Part shown: one piece after another, positions 1 through 12,680 of the stretch
Position numbering within the stretch: position 1 is the stretch's first letter
Layout of the letters: every line of letters begins with the position of its first letter
Origin: the human T2T-CHM13v2.0 reference genome, Homo sapiens
Assembly (NCBI RefSeq): GCF_009914755.1
Contig: NC_060945.1
Length of the DNA: 64,000 nt
Strand: one strand, 5' to 3'
Made by a program: the position numbers and the translations under genes
Notes under the pieces: generated by a model
Told to the model about the DNA's origin: nothing
The model's database searches: none
What the model saw: the letters and a program-made list of their open reading frames with translations, nothing else

Positions 1-137
1 AATCCTTTGTTTAATATTTTGCAGGTTCAATTTGTTTACTTGTGATGTACAGAGAGTTTTTTATACCTTCCCAGCTTATATTTGAATATTCCTTTTCAAG
101 GTTTTATAAAGAGATTTCTCTCCTTTACCCCTTTCAG

Positions 138-300
138 CGATGTGCATTTTGTAAGCACTTTGGAGCCACTATCAAATGCTGTGAAGAGAAATGTACCCAG
201 ATGTATCATTATCCTTGTGCTGCAGGAGCCGGCTCCTTTCAGGATTTCAGTCACATCTTCCTGCTTTGTCCAGAACACATTGACCAAGCTCCTGAAAGAT
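138..300 (+). pseudogene. KMT2C: Duplicated KMT2C (MLL3) exon 7, extended-PHD zinc-finger fragment (paralogous copy)
   Basis: Polypyrimidine tract and AG at 136-137, GTAAGT donor at 301, 163 nt. Translates RCAFCKHFGATIKCCEEKCTQMYHYPCAAGAGSFQDFSHIFLLCPEHIDQAPER, matching KMT2C residues ~284-337 except L291F and T316S. No downstream KMT2C exon is seen in the window. Confidence 0.93.
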
Positions 301-665
301 GTAAGTTTACTACGCATAGACTTTTAAACTTCAACCAATGTATTTACTGAAAATAACAAATGTTGTAAATTCCCTGAGTGTTATTCTACTTGTATTAAAA
401 GGTAATAATACATAATCATTAAAATCTGAGGGATCATTGCCAGAGATTGTTGGGGAGGGAAATGTTATCAACGGTTTCATTGAAATTAAATCCAAAAAGT
501 TATTTCCTCAGAAAAATCAAATAAAGTTTGCATGTTTTTTATTCTTAAAACATTTTAAAAACCACTGTAGAATGATGTAAATAGGGACTGTGCAGTATTT
601 CTGACATATACTATAAAATTATTAAAAAGTCAATCAGTATTCAACATCTTTTACACTAAAAAGCC
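138..665 (+). other. BAGE: BAGE-family (B melanoma antigen) exon with read-through into KMT2C intron as a likely 3' terminal exon
   Basis: The alternative frame reads DVHFVSTLEPLSNAVKRNVPRCIIILVLQEPAPFRISVTSSCFVQNTLTKLLKD, as I recall for the BAGE2/3 C-terminal region. AATAAA at 520-525 and ATTAAA at 621-626. The 3' limit is from my recall of the BAGE cDNA end. The specific paralog cannot be determined. Confidence 0.75.
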
Positions 666-2323
666 ATCCAGTTGAAGAATTAGAAGACAGTTCACTCAGG
701 TGTTATTTCAGGATTTACGTTAATAGGAACACCAAACACTTCTGAAATTCTTGGAAATTGTGTATCCCTGATAGGTGTGATAGAAATCTCTGCTAGCACC
801 TTTTCATGATTCATCTATCTTAGTCATCTGTAATCTGCAGTTGTGCTGTTTTTCTTTCTTTTCCAAATAGTATTTTATAATTCAATGAAAATGTTTAAAT
901 GCTTGAAATTTACATTATACAGGAAATTATAACTCTACTATTGTATCATTAAATAGAGATCTCTCCTTTTTCTTACTAGGTGTTTTCCCAATGAGCATGT
1001 ATATTTTAGGATCTATTCTCTCTTAGTCTATTGAATTTCCAATCTTATTATGAAACCTCCATGATATTTTATTCAGTCTTTTTTATGTCACCTCTTAGTT
1101 ACCTAATGTTAGCTTTTACCTGTTCCTTAGCAATGTTGATAAAAGCTTTTTTTTTCCTATCTTCTCAAGGTCTGTGAAACATAAGTATAGCTACCCCAGG
1201 CTTAAACTAATCTCAAATACGGTTAGTGTACATGATCATTACCCTTTATCTTTGTTGAGTACCCTAATTTCATTTTCCATTAAAATTATTTTGTATCCAC
1301 ATATGTAATCATATCACCCTTAGTAACCTAGTGTACAGACAAATTATAGGTACGGCAAACTAAAATTTTAAATTATATTTAAGCTAATAAGGGATTTAAA
1401 GTTTTAAAATGCTTTAGATTGTACACTCTTCAATCTGGAAGAGAAGAACTTTCATGCACAGCAACTGTTGTGGCTACTATTTATGTACTGAGTTACTTCA
1501 GCAAGTGCATACACTGGCAGTTATCAGAGTGGATTATATTCTGGATGGCATAATAAATATACTTTGTCATCTCAATAAAACAATTTTATGTGTATGTAAG
1601 AATCTGAATTTTATTCAGCCTTTTGTGTAGTCATGCTTTAGACCTCAGTAAACAACATGCAAACTTGTATAAGAATGTTGCTCTAATGTTAGAACGTTTT
1701 TTACTCAATGGCAGTGCTACTTTCTACTGAAAACTGTGTTCTAATAGTGTATACCTTCAGTTACATGTTAGCAATCATAAATCAGTTTGTAAAATAATAA
1801 ACTAAATACTGAAGTGAGATAATTTGCTGTTGTTGATCATGTATATAATGAAAGGTTTATGGCAACATAAAGCTAAAAGACATACTAAAATTATGAGTAC
1901 TCTGCCTTTTTCCAAAATAGACTTATGGAGACTCATAAAAATACATGAGCAATAGGATAAAACTAAAAATAAGTAAGGAAATTTGGCAATGGAAAATTTA
2001 GATAGGATAAATATGAAGATAATAGAGAGACCCCCAAAAATATGTAATTCCAGACAAACCACAAATTTGGCCCCATACCTTTTCAACAGTCAATACAAAG
2101 AAGGACATATGAGCCCTTAATCTGATTCTTACTATTTATAACATCACTTGATATAATGATATAATAATAAGACATCCCTTGATAGAATGCAATGAAAAAT
2201 TGTCTTAAAGTAGCCACCTTGCAGTAGGAAAATACCAGTTTCATAGGGCTGTTTCTTATAGCAGCCTTCAAACTAAGTCAGTGGTATAAAATCAAGGCCT
2301 AAATGACTAAATTATATTTCTTT

Positions 2324-2325
<2 letters not shown>

Positions 2326-2372
<47 letters not shown>

Positions 2373-2654
2373 AGATGGAGTCTCGCTCTGTCACCCTGGC
2401 GGGAATGCAGTGGCATGGCCTTGGCTCACTGCAAACTCCGCTTTCTGGGTTCAGGTGATTTCTCCTGCCTCAGCCTCCCAAGTAGGTGGGATTACAGGCG
2501 CACATCATAACACCTGGCTAATTTTTTGTATTTTTAGTAGAGACGGGGTTTCACTATGTTGGCTAGATTTGTCTCGGACTCCTGACCTCGTGGTCTGCCC
2601 GTCTCAGCCTCCCAAACTGCTGGGATACAGAGGTGTGAGCCATCGTGCCCGGCC
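2326..2654 (-). mobile_element. AluS element with long pure poly(A) tail
   Basis: ~46 T followed by GAGATGGAGTCTCGCTCTGTC...GTGCCCGGCC. Confidence 0.92.
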
Positions 2655-3369
2655 TCCTTGGGGATCTTAAACAGTGCATTCTAACTACACAGCGTTCTCA
2701 CCCATCTGTTAAGAAGATCATAATCTTGGATTAAGTTCCAAGGATATAATTTAAAGAATATTGCAGATAGGATGTTTTGTCACATTTTTAACATCTTTTA
2801 TAAATATTTCTTCCTATCCTAATTGTGTGTCATGGCAGAAGTTACTTTTTATGCTTTAAAATGATACTGTCTTAAATCATAGTGTTATTATGAGGGTTAA
2901 ATGAACACAATGAATGGAATTCACATAACATTGTGCCTTGTATATATTAATTGCTTTAAAAAGGGTAGTTATTTTACCTCATATCTAAGGCTTAAGTTAT
3001 GAGAATGATAATACATATTGAGTATATGTATTTTCTGATGCTTCCTAAAGGGCAGAGCAGTAGCTGTGATAGTTGACTGAGTTAGGAGTAAGGTTGACCT
3101 CTTTTTATAAAAGTTGAGAAATTTAACAAAAGCATGTATCTCATTATAAAGAAATCCACTAAAGAGAGTATCTGTGAAGAAGGCCAAGATTTTCATCAGG
3201 AAACACTTTTAGGGTGCTCTGTCATAGGTAAATGGCTGGTCATTGTTGCAACATTATTTTCATGATGATACAAGGATACATTAACCTTGTCTGGAAATTT
3301 TACACTAAAAATCCATCTAGGAGATACAACCAGATATACTTCCTGAATAGGAAAACTGAATGGTAAGAA

Positions 3370-3640
3370 ACCAATCATGCAAGATAAGAGGAAAGAACAT
3401 TCCAGGGAGAGGGAACAGACCACTACACAGACCTTGAGGAGTGGACTTGGCATGATTCATGAACAGACAGCATGTCATTTTACTTGGAGCATAGTAGCCT
3501 ACTAGGTGAGGGTAGTAGAGACATCATCAAGGCGAACAAAGGCTAGATCATGTAGGCTTGTAAGCAAGGGAAGGAGTTTGGGTTCTGTTCGGTCTGCAAT
3601 GAGAAGTTTTTGCAAGGTTTAAACATGGAAATGCTACATA
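3370..3640 (-). mobile_element. L2 fragment
   Basis: GAACATTCCAGG...GGCTAGATCATGTAGGC...GGAGTTTGG pattern of antisense L2. Confidence 0.55.
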
Positions 3641-4186
3641 TCTTAATTCACCCCCTGTTCCTCAATGTATTTACTCATCATTTAGCTTTAATTCCTTTTA
3701 CTTCACTTAAGATTTAACTCCAGCCTCTTTTCTTTGGTTATCTTTGTATTTCTTGACATTAAGTCCTGCTGCTTTTCTTTTGCCCTAAATTCTGTCAGTC
3801 CTCTGACCTTTCTTATCTACCTGCCAATGATACGGTCTAGCCTCTTTGGATGACATCCATGATTTATTTTTTCTTTCCAGAGATTCTCTTTTATAGACAA
3901 ATCAGTCAGCCCAGTGTCCTGCCAGTAATGAAAATTGGCAGATGATAGGGTTTGATGGAAATTAGAAAGCAATGCTGATTTGGTCCTTCTTCAATTTACA
4001 CTGTATGACAGCTATTTTGACTTTTCTTGCTGTTCACCAATGCTTTTATTCTTTTGTGTTGTCTGGACTTTCTTAAGCAATAGTTTCATCAAGTTTAAGG
4101 ATCTGTGATAAGCTCTGTTCTAATTTAAGCTCAATGTTTTTGACTTTTTTATTTATCTCTTCTGTATTTGTGTATCTGAACACAAA

Positions 4187-4563
4187 TACACCATGGAATA
4201 CTATGTGGCGATAAAAAAGGATGAGTTCCTGTCCTTTGTAGGGACACGGATGAAGATGGAAACCATCATTCTCAGCAAACTATTGCAAGGACAAAAAAAC
4301 AAACACTGCATGTTCTCACTCATAGGTGGGAATTGAACAATGAGAAACATGGACACAGGAAGGGGAACATCACACACCGGGGACTGTTGTGGGGTGGGGG
4401 GAGAGGGGAGGGATAGCATTAGGAGATATGCCTAATGCTAAATGACGAGTTAATGGGAGCAGCACACCAACATGGCACATGTATACATATGTAACAAACC
4501 TGCACGTTGTACACATGTACCCTAAAACTTAAAGTATAATAATAATAAAATTAAAAAAAAAAA
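4187..4563 (+). mobile_element. L1PA (young primate L1) 3' end, 5'-truncated
   Basis: ATACACCATGGAATACTATG...CTCATAGGTGGGAATTGAACAATGAG...G-rich tract...CCCTAAAACTTAAAGTATAATAATAATAAAA and poly(A). Confidence 0.95.
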
Positions 4564-5976
4564 CTGTGTGAACAAGGAATTCTTTGTCACATCTGTGCTT
4601 TGGTCAGTAATAGACCAGCAAGCAATTCATCCAGTCATCATGGGCGTGGCTCCAGGAGGACTTCCTGCGTCCATGGAAGGGATCATCCCTGGAGGCATCC
4701 CAGTGACTCACAACCTCCCGACAGTGGCACATACTTCCCAAGCGCCCTCTCCCAACCAGCCCACAATCACGGGGACAATCGAGAGCACCCCAACGAGAAA
4801 TAGTAGTGAATGCCAGAAGGTAATCATTTTGATACACTTGGGAACAAGGACAGTGAAAAATAGATGAACTAAGAGAAAAAGAATCTGACACTCTTTTTAG
4901 CTGATTCTGGACATATGCATCATTGATGTTGCAGTGTTAAAACTACAAGAGTTAGAAAGCTGAAGATGTTGTCTGTTTACGGAAGCTCTGAAAGACTAGG
5001 GTGTGATTTATTAACGACCAGCTTCCGTTATTGTGTGTTAAGTTTTTCATCTGTGCGTCAAATCACAAAGAATAAATAGAACTTTTTCCTTTATCAGTCC
5101 CTTGGGCACAGCAGGTCAGGAAAACCCTGCTCAGAATGTTGCATCAGGACTTCAAACATCAAAATAAAAACCATGAGGAGGAAATCCCCATCTTGTCACT
5201 TGAGTCCCTTCAGTGTACAGGGACTGGTTACAGCTTTTTGCTAATAGGAAGATCACATTATTAGAAAATATGGAGTAAACTGTTTGCCTGTGGTAGACAC
5301 CTGCACGCATAGGATTGAAGACAGTACCGGCTCCTGTAAAGAGAAGCGTCTCTCACATCTGAACTGCATGCTGAGAGGGCAAGTTGGTTGTAAGTTCAGA
5401 AAAAGCCTCCGATAATGCAAAAAAAAAAGCAGTATTAAGTTTCACAAGTTGTTTGTAATCAAAAATATTTTCTCAGTTTCAGATGCTCTGCTATTTTATT
5501 GAGTGGAAAGTCTTGCACTAAAAAGACTCAAGAAAAATAATGTTGCTTTTTCTTATGTCACAAGAAACACTTTTAATGGTAACTTGTCAGATTGTCTATG
5601 AACAAATCCACTTTTTAAGACACTGATAAAGTCTTCTTCACGTTGTATTTTATACAAGAACACTTCAGATGTATTGGATGTGACTGATGTTAACAAATCC
5701 TATTTGATTTGCATCGATTAGTTACATGTTCTGTTCATAGTCTTTTGTGAATCATTGCCTTTTTGTTTAAAAAGATGGCCTATTTTGATCTTTTGATTAG
5801 GTACCTTCCTGTTTTTGTGACAAAAGAAAAACTTTAAAATTGTCACAAACAGAAAAATAATGGCTATCAGAAGTATGCTTTATTTTAGTGCAAGTTACCG
5901 TTACTGTAGTTGTTTATTGTAAAGATGGACATTTAGCATTCAGTGCAGTTTTCAATAAAATGTAATTAGAAAAAAA
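4562..5976 (+). pseudogene. CTBP2: CTBP2 processed pseudogene, 3' fragment (C-terminal CDS plus 3' UTR)
   Basis: NCVNKEFFVTS..WSVIDQQAIHP..GVAPGGLPA.MEGIIPGGIPVTHNLPTVAH.SQAPSPNQPT, then a frameshift to HGDNREHPNE* (TAG 4801-4803). ELNGATYRYPP is lost in frame. ~1.15 kb 3' UTR, AATAAA at 5954-5959, short A tract at 5970-5976. Confidence 0.93.
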
Positions 5977-5979
5977 CTG

Positions 5980-6868
5980 CTTAATTAACAAAAACAGAGC
6001 ATAGACAACAAAATAATATTAGAAGTGATACATAAAGAAAATGAGATATCAATAAAAAGATTTTTAGAAACCAACAAAAACTGTGAATCTGAATAACACA
6101 ATAACTATATTAAAATTTCAATCAAGTCACAAAAGCAGACTAATAAAGTAGAAAAAATCATACAATTTATGACACTGTAGTTATAAATACTGAGTCATGA
6201 AAACAAATTATTTAAACAGAATAGAGAAAAAAATATGGGACGTACTGCACACCATCAAGTAGACCATTGTATTTATAAAAGGAGTCTTAGAAAAAAAATA
6301 CAGCAGAAAAGTAATAAAGAGATTATTTTTAAAAAGTAGCTGAGAAATCCCCAGATGACAAGGTAATTAAACAAGAAGATATACTGCCAAACAAAAACCT
6401 TCAACTGGAATAATTTCACTTCAGAAATAAAAAAAAAGCCTTTCCAGAATAAATAAAAGTTGAGTGTGTTACTAACCACTAGATCAGTCCTAAAGGAAAT
6501 GTAAAAGAAAGTCTATCAAGTCCAAAAATGAAATGATGCTGCACAGCATCATAACAGCATATGAAAATAGAAAGTGCTATATTAAAGGTAAATATACAAA
6601 CAGGTATAGAAATCTCTACTGTCATAATGATGGTGCACAAAATTTTCAAAATATTGCTATGGAGTTTAAAAAATGAAGCACAAATCTGCATAAATGTGTG
6701 TTCATAGTTACTCAATAAGAAAAGATAATATGTGATATTAATAACACAGTGGGGGTATGAAAAGGTACAACTTTGCATTCATTTGAAATATGGTTGTTAT
6801 ATATTGTCATAACTGTAAGATGATTTATGAAGTCTATTTCTCAAGATGATTACCAAAAATACCTGTAG
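5980..6868 (+). mobile_element. Old L1 (L1M-type) ORF1/inter-ORF remnant
   Basis: Strongly A-rich degenerate L1-like sequence with no ORF. Confidence 0.55.
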
Positions 6869-7208
6869 ACCTCTGGTCGTCCTCCCACTGCTACATTCCC
6901 ACTAGCTCCACCACAGTTTACAAATGCCATGGCAATATCAGAAATTTACCCTACATGGTCTTAAAAAAAAAAAAAAGGAGGCATAAATAATCCACCTCTT
7001 GTTTAACATATTATCTAGAAATAACCATAAGAATGGGTTACCAGCAGCCCTTGGGCTGCTCTGTCTATAAAGTAGCCATTCTTTTATTCTTCTACTTTCT
7101 TAATAAACTTGCTATCACTTTACTCTATGGAGTCGCCCTGAATTCTTTCTTGCACCAGATCCAATAACCCTCTCTTGGAGTCTAGATCAGGACACCTTTC
7201 CTATAACA
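6869..7208 (+). mobile_element. MER41 (MER41B-like) ERV1 LTR, 3' portion only
   Basis: CAGTTTACAAATGCCATGGCAA..TTACCCTACATGGTCT..AATAATCCACC..TTCTTAATAAACTTGCT..GAATTCTTTCTTGC..AGATCCAA..TAACA terminus. Confidence 0.8.
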
Positions 7209-7394
7209 GAAGGATGGGAAACAACTGGAACCTTCATCAACAGCTGGCAGAGTGTAAACTGATACAGCCACTGCAAAATTTTTAGCAGTATCTCCTAAAA
7301 CTGTACGCATGCTCTATAAAGCACTTGCACTCCCAGACACAGATCAAATTAAAGTACACACGTGTGCACCGAAAGGTAAGGACAAGAAAGTTCA

Positions 7395-7690
7395 GGGCCG
7401 GGAACAGTGGCTCATGCCTGCAATTCCAGCACTTTGGGAGGCCGAGGCAAGCAGATCACCTGAGGTCAGGAGTTCGAGACCAGCCTGGCCAACATGGCAA
7501 AACCCCGTATCTACTAAAAAAAAATTAGCCAGGCGTGGTGGTGGGGACCTGTAATCCCAGCTTCTTGGGAGGCCGAGGCAGGGAGAATTGCTTGAACCCA
7601 GGAGGTGGAGGTTGCAGTGAGCTGAGATTGTGCCATTGCACTCCAGCCTGGGTGACAAGAGCAAGGCTCCATCTCCAAAAAGAAAGAAAG
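7395..7690 (+). mobile_element. AluS (Sq/Sp-like)
   Basis: Full dimeric Alu ending GACAAGAGCAAGGCTCCATCTC and A-rich tail. Confidence 0.9.
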
Positions 7691-7939
7691 AAAGTTTATA
7701 ATGGCATTACTCATAATGGACCCAAGCTTGGAAGAACCTGAATGTCAGCCAACAGCAGAACAGATAAACATATTGTGCAATATTAGTAAAGCTGAATGCA
7801 CACAACAATAAACAAACCACTGCCATGTGCAACACCATGGATAGAGCTCACAAGCCTAAAGCTGAGAAAAGCAGCCAAAAGAAAAGATCCCACTTATAAA
7901 GCGAATAATAGGAAAACTAATCTATAGTGTAAAAAGTCA

Positions 7940-8287
<348 letters not shown>

Positions 8288-9551
8288 TTAGGTGTTAACT
8301 ATGTGAAAATTTTGAGTTGTACGTTCATGATCTCCTTACCTGTATGCCTCTTATACCACAATAAAAAAAATTAAGTATGAGACTAACATAATAGAGCTTA
8401 AAATGTGCAGAAATTGAGGGAGCTCGCCCAAGGAAACCATTACTAAACAGATACTAAAAGATTTCAGACAGGAGGAAAATGATCCCAAGTGGAAGATCTG
8501 GGATATAAGAAGAAATGAAGAGCAGGAAAAAGACAGGTGAATATATGGATAAAACTAAACAAATGTGAAATGTATAAAACAATAGAAGTAATGTCCCATG
8601 AAATATAAAAAGAAAAATGATAAAATATATCAAAACAACTTTGATGGATCATAAGATAATTATGCTGAATAAAAAAACTCAATCTCAAAATATTAGACAT
8701 TGTATGGTTTCATTTACATGTGTTCTTGAAATAAAGTCACAGAGATGAAAAACCCATTAGTGGTTGCCAGGGGTCAGGGAGTGAGGAACGTGTTTGTGAC
8801 TATAAAATGGGTAGCACAAGGGATCCATCCTTCTGATGGAACTGTTCTGTATCTTGACGATGGTGATGGTGGTTAGGTATCTAATCTATATACACGATAA
8901 AATTTCATAGAACTAAATACACAAAAAAAACTAAAAGTGCACATAAAACTGGTGAAATCTGAAAAAGGTAGTTATGCAAGACGTTACCATTGGGAGAAAC
9001 TGAGTGAAGACTATATTGGATTTCTTTATATTATTTCTTAAAAGCACCTGTGAATCTGCAATTATGTCAAAACAAAAAGTTGAAAATATACTGTTGTAGC
9101 ATAACTCAAGAGGAGTTTAATGCAATGAAAGTATTCTTAAGTTATCCTATCACCCAGGAGGAGGATAAATTTTCAACTTTCATAACTTAAATATGCACAT
9201 TTAAGTTAGCATGACAGTTACTAAAAGAATATAAACAAAGACTAACTTAAAATGACTAGAGAAGAAAAAAAATCCCACCAATTGAAAAGAAGGCAAGAAA
9301 GGAAAAAAGAAACATAAGTAGGATAAATAGAAAGTGACAAAATGACACAAACACACATGCATGTACATACACACCACTCACCATCTATACAGAATCCAAG
9401 TATGTCAGAATACAAATACATGCAAATGGACTAAGTAATCCAGTTAAAGATGGATAAATTGTTAAAATCCCATTCCATGCTATTTATAAGTCATATTTAA
9501 AATACAAAGATATAGAATGATTTTAAAAGGTATTAAAATATGTATCAGAGG

Positions 9552-9830
9552 AGCCGGGCTTGGCGGCACATGCCTTTAATCCCAGTGACTCAGGAAGCAG
9601 AGGTGAGAGGATCACTTGAGACCAAGAGCTCAAGACCAGCCTGGGCAATATAGCCAAATTCTATCTCTAAAGAAATAAAAACAATTATTTGGCAGTGGTG
9701 GCACACATCACTCTAAAGACTGAGGTAGGAGGATCATTTGAGCCCAGGAGTTTAAGGCAGCAGGGAGCCACAGACACGTCTGTGAACAGCCCCTGCACTA
9801 TAGCCTGGGCAGCACAGTGGAAAAAAAAAA
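9552..9830 (+). mobile_element. Diverged AluJ
   Basis: GCCGGGCTTGGCGGCACATGCC...GAGGATCACTTGAG...AGCCTGGGCAGCACAG and A tail. Confidence 0.8.
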
Positions 9831-10432
9831 TACACACACACACACACACGTGAAAGATACACAGTGCAAAGTCTAACCAAAGTTACTATAGCTATATCAT
9901 ACATAATGTTGAAAGCATACATAAATGAAGGAAAACATTTCATTTTGATAAAAGTTCAAATTAAAAAAAAAGATGTATTTTTTTGAATCATATGCACCCA
10001 AGTACAGCCTCAAAAAGCAAAAGTTGACAGATGAGGAGACAGACAAATCCATGCTTCTAGTAGGATATTTAATATATCTCTCAGTAAATAAAGTATAAAA
10101 ATAATTAGGGAGGATGAAGATTTAAAATTATGAAAAAATAGAATAAATGCACACATACAGAACATGAGATTTAGCTGCAGAAATAGACTTCCCTTCAAGA
10201 AACTGTGGACAAGTTCAAAAATTAACCACATAGACGAGTGTTAAAACAAGTAAAAAATTTCAAAGAAAGTGGAGAGATCATAATTTCTGGTAACAATTTT
10301 AGAAACTTTCTAAAAGTATACTTTTAAATAGCCCATAGCTTGAAGATAACATAAGGCAAATTCATCATCAATTCTACATATTAAAAACTGTAGGATATAA
10401 TTAAATACATTCATAAGGGGAAAATGATAGTC

Positions 10433-10646
10433 TTTTTTTTTTTTTTTTTGAGATGGGGTCTCACTCTGTCACCCCGGCTGGAGTGCAGTAGCACAATCTT
10501 GGCTTACTACCCTCCACCTCCTGGGCTCAAGTGAGCCTCCCACCTCAGCCTCCCGAGTAGCTGGGACCACAGGCTCACACCACTATACCTGGCTAATTTT
10601 TTGTGTGTTTGGTAGAGATAAAGTTTCACCATGTTGTCCAAGCTGG
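10433..10646 (-). mobile_element. AluJ, 5'-truncated
   Basis: Poly(T) followed by GAGATGGGGTCTCACTCTGTC...CCTCCCACCTCAGCCTCCCGAGTAGCTGGGACC. Confidence 0.85.
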
Positions 10647-10705
10647 GGAAATTTATAGTCTTAAATGAGAACATTAGAAAAGGAACTTGGAAAAAACATC
10701 AACAG

Positions 10706-10979
10706 ACCGGGCACAGTGGCTCAAGCATGTAATCCCAGCACTTTGGGAGGCCGAGGCAGGTGGATCATGAGGTCAAGAGATCGAGACAATCCTGCCCAAC
10801 ATGGTAAAACCCCATCTCTACTAAAAATACAAAAATTAGCTGGGTGTGGTGGCGCACACCTGTAGTCCCAGCTACTCTGGAGGCTGAGGCAGGAGAATTG
10901 CTTGAGCCGAGATTGTGCCACTGCACTCCAGCCTGGTGAAAGAGTGAGACTACGTCTCAAAAAAAAAAAAAAAAAAAAA
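10706..10979 (+). mobile_element. AluS (Sc-like) with internal deletion
   Basis: GGATCATGAGGTCAAGAGATCGAGAC diagnostic, poly(A) tail. Confidence 0.88.
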
Positions 10980-11370
10980 CCTAAGCATCAGTCAATAAAT
11001 CAGACAAAGAACAAGTTAAATTCAAAGAAAGAAAAAGGAAAAACATAACAAACAAATGAAATACAAAAGAAACACACAATAGAATCAGCCAAGCTAAAAC
11101 TTGTGGTTCTTTTGGTTTTCAGATAGGGTCTCATTCTGTTGCCCAGGTTGGAGTTTAGTGGCTCAATCACAGCTTAGTACAGCCTCCCCCTTACAGGCTC
11201 AAGCGATCTTCCCACCTTTTCCTCTCAAAGTGCTGGGATTACAGGTATGAGCCACCATGCCCTGCTAAAATCTGGTTCTTTAAAAATACATTATAAAATT
11301 CACAGACCTTTAGCAAGATTTGTCAAGAAAAAGCAGTCAAAAAACAATCTTGCACAGGAGGACTGTACTA

Positions 11371-11710
<340 letters not shown>

Positions 11711-11740
11711 TTATTTATGCCAACAGACTTTAAAGCATAG

Positions 11741-12040
<300 letters not shown>

Positions 12041-12396
12041 TGAGATATGAATTTCTAGGGAAAAAAATCAAAATTCACTCAAAAAGTAGAAAAAAAACTT
12101 ACATAGATTAAATATATTGAATCAGTAATGAAAAAACTTCCCATAAAGAAATTTCCAGGCCCAAGTGCCTTCACCAAAAAGTTCCATGAAACATACAAGA
12201 GAAACAAACCAACCAAACAAAAAAAAAACTCTTCCACTAACACAAACAGAATACAGAAAGAAGACTCCCCAGTTCATTTTACAAGGTTAAAATAAAAATA
12301 ACCTTGATATCAAAACCCAATAAGGCAAGGGCAAGAAAAAATATTTACAGGCCATCATTATTCAACGTGGATCAGAAATTATTTTTAAGATGTACT

Positions 12397-12680
12397 AGCC
12401 AGGTGTGGTGGTCATACCTATAATCCTAGTAGTTTGGGAGGCCCGAGTGAGAGGATGGCCTGAGCTCAGGAGTTTGAGACCAGCCTGGGCAACAAGGCAA
12501 AATCCAGTCTTTATAAAAAATACAAAAATTAGCTGGGCATGGCAGCACACCTATAGACCCAGCTATTCAGGAGGCTGAGGTGGGAGGATCACTTGAGCCT
12601 AGCAGGTTGAGAATGCAGTGATCCCTGATCATGCCACTGTGCTCCAGCCTGGGCAACAGAGTGAGACCCTGTCTCAAAAC
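12397..12680 (+). mobile_element. AluJ
   Basis: Dimeric Alu with GGGAGGATCACTTGAGCC. Confidence 0.85.

Noticed and set aside
1-4186. Authentic KMT2C locus
   Set aside because: Paralog-type substitutions, no following exons, and a context of CTBP2 pseudogene, FANK1 duplicate and HSat3.
4568-4867. 99-aa CTBP2-like ORF as a functional gene
   Set aside because: Non-ATG start directly after an L1 poly(A), internal deletion, frameshift, and no dehydrogenase domain.
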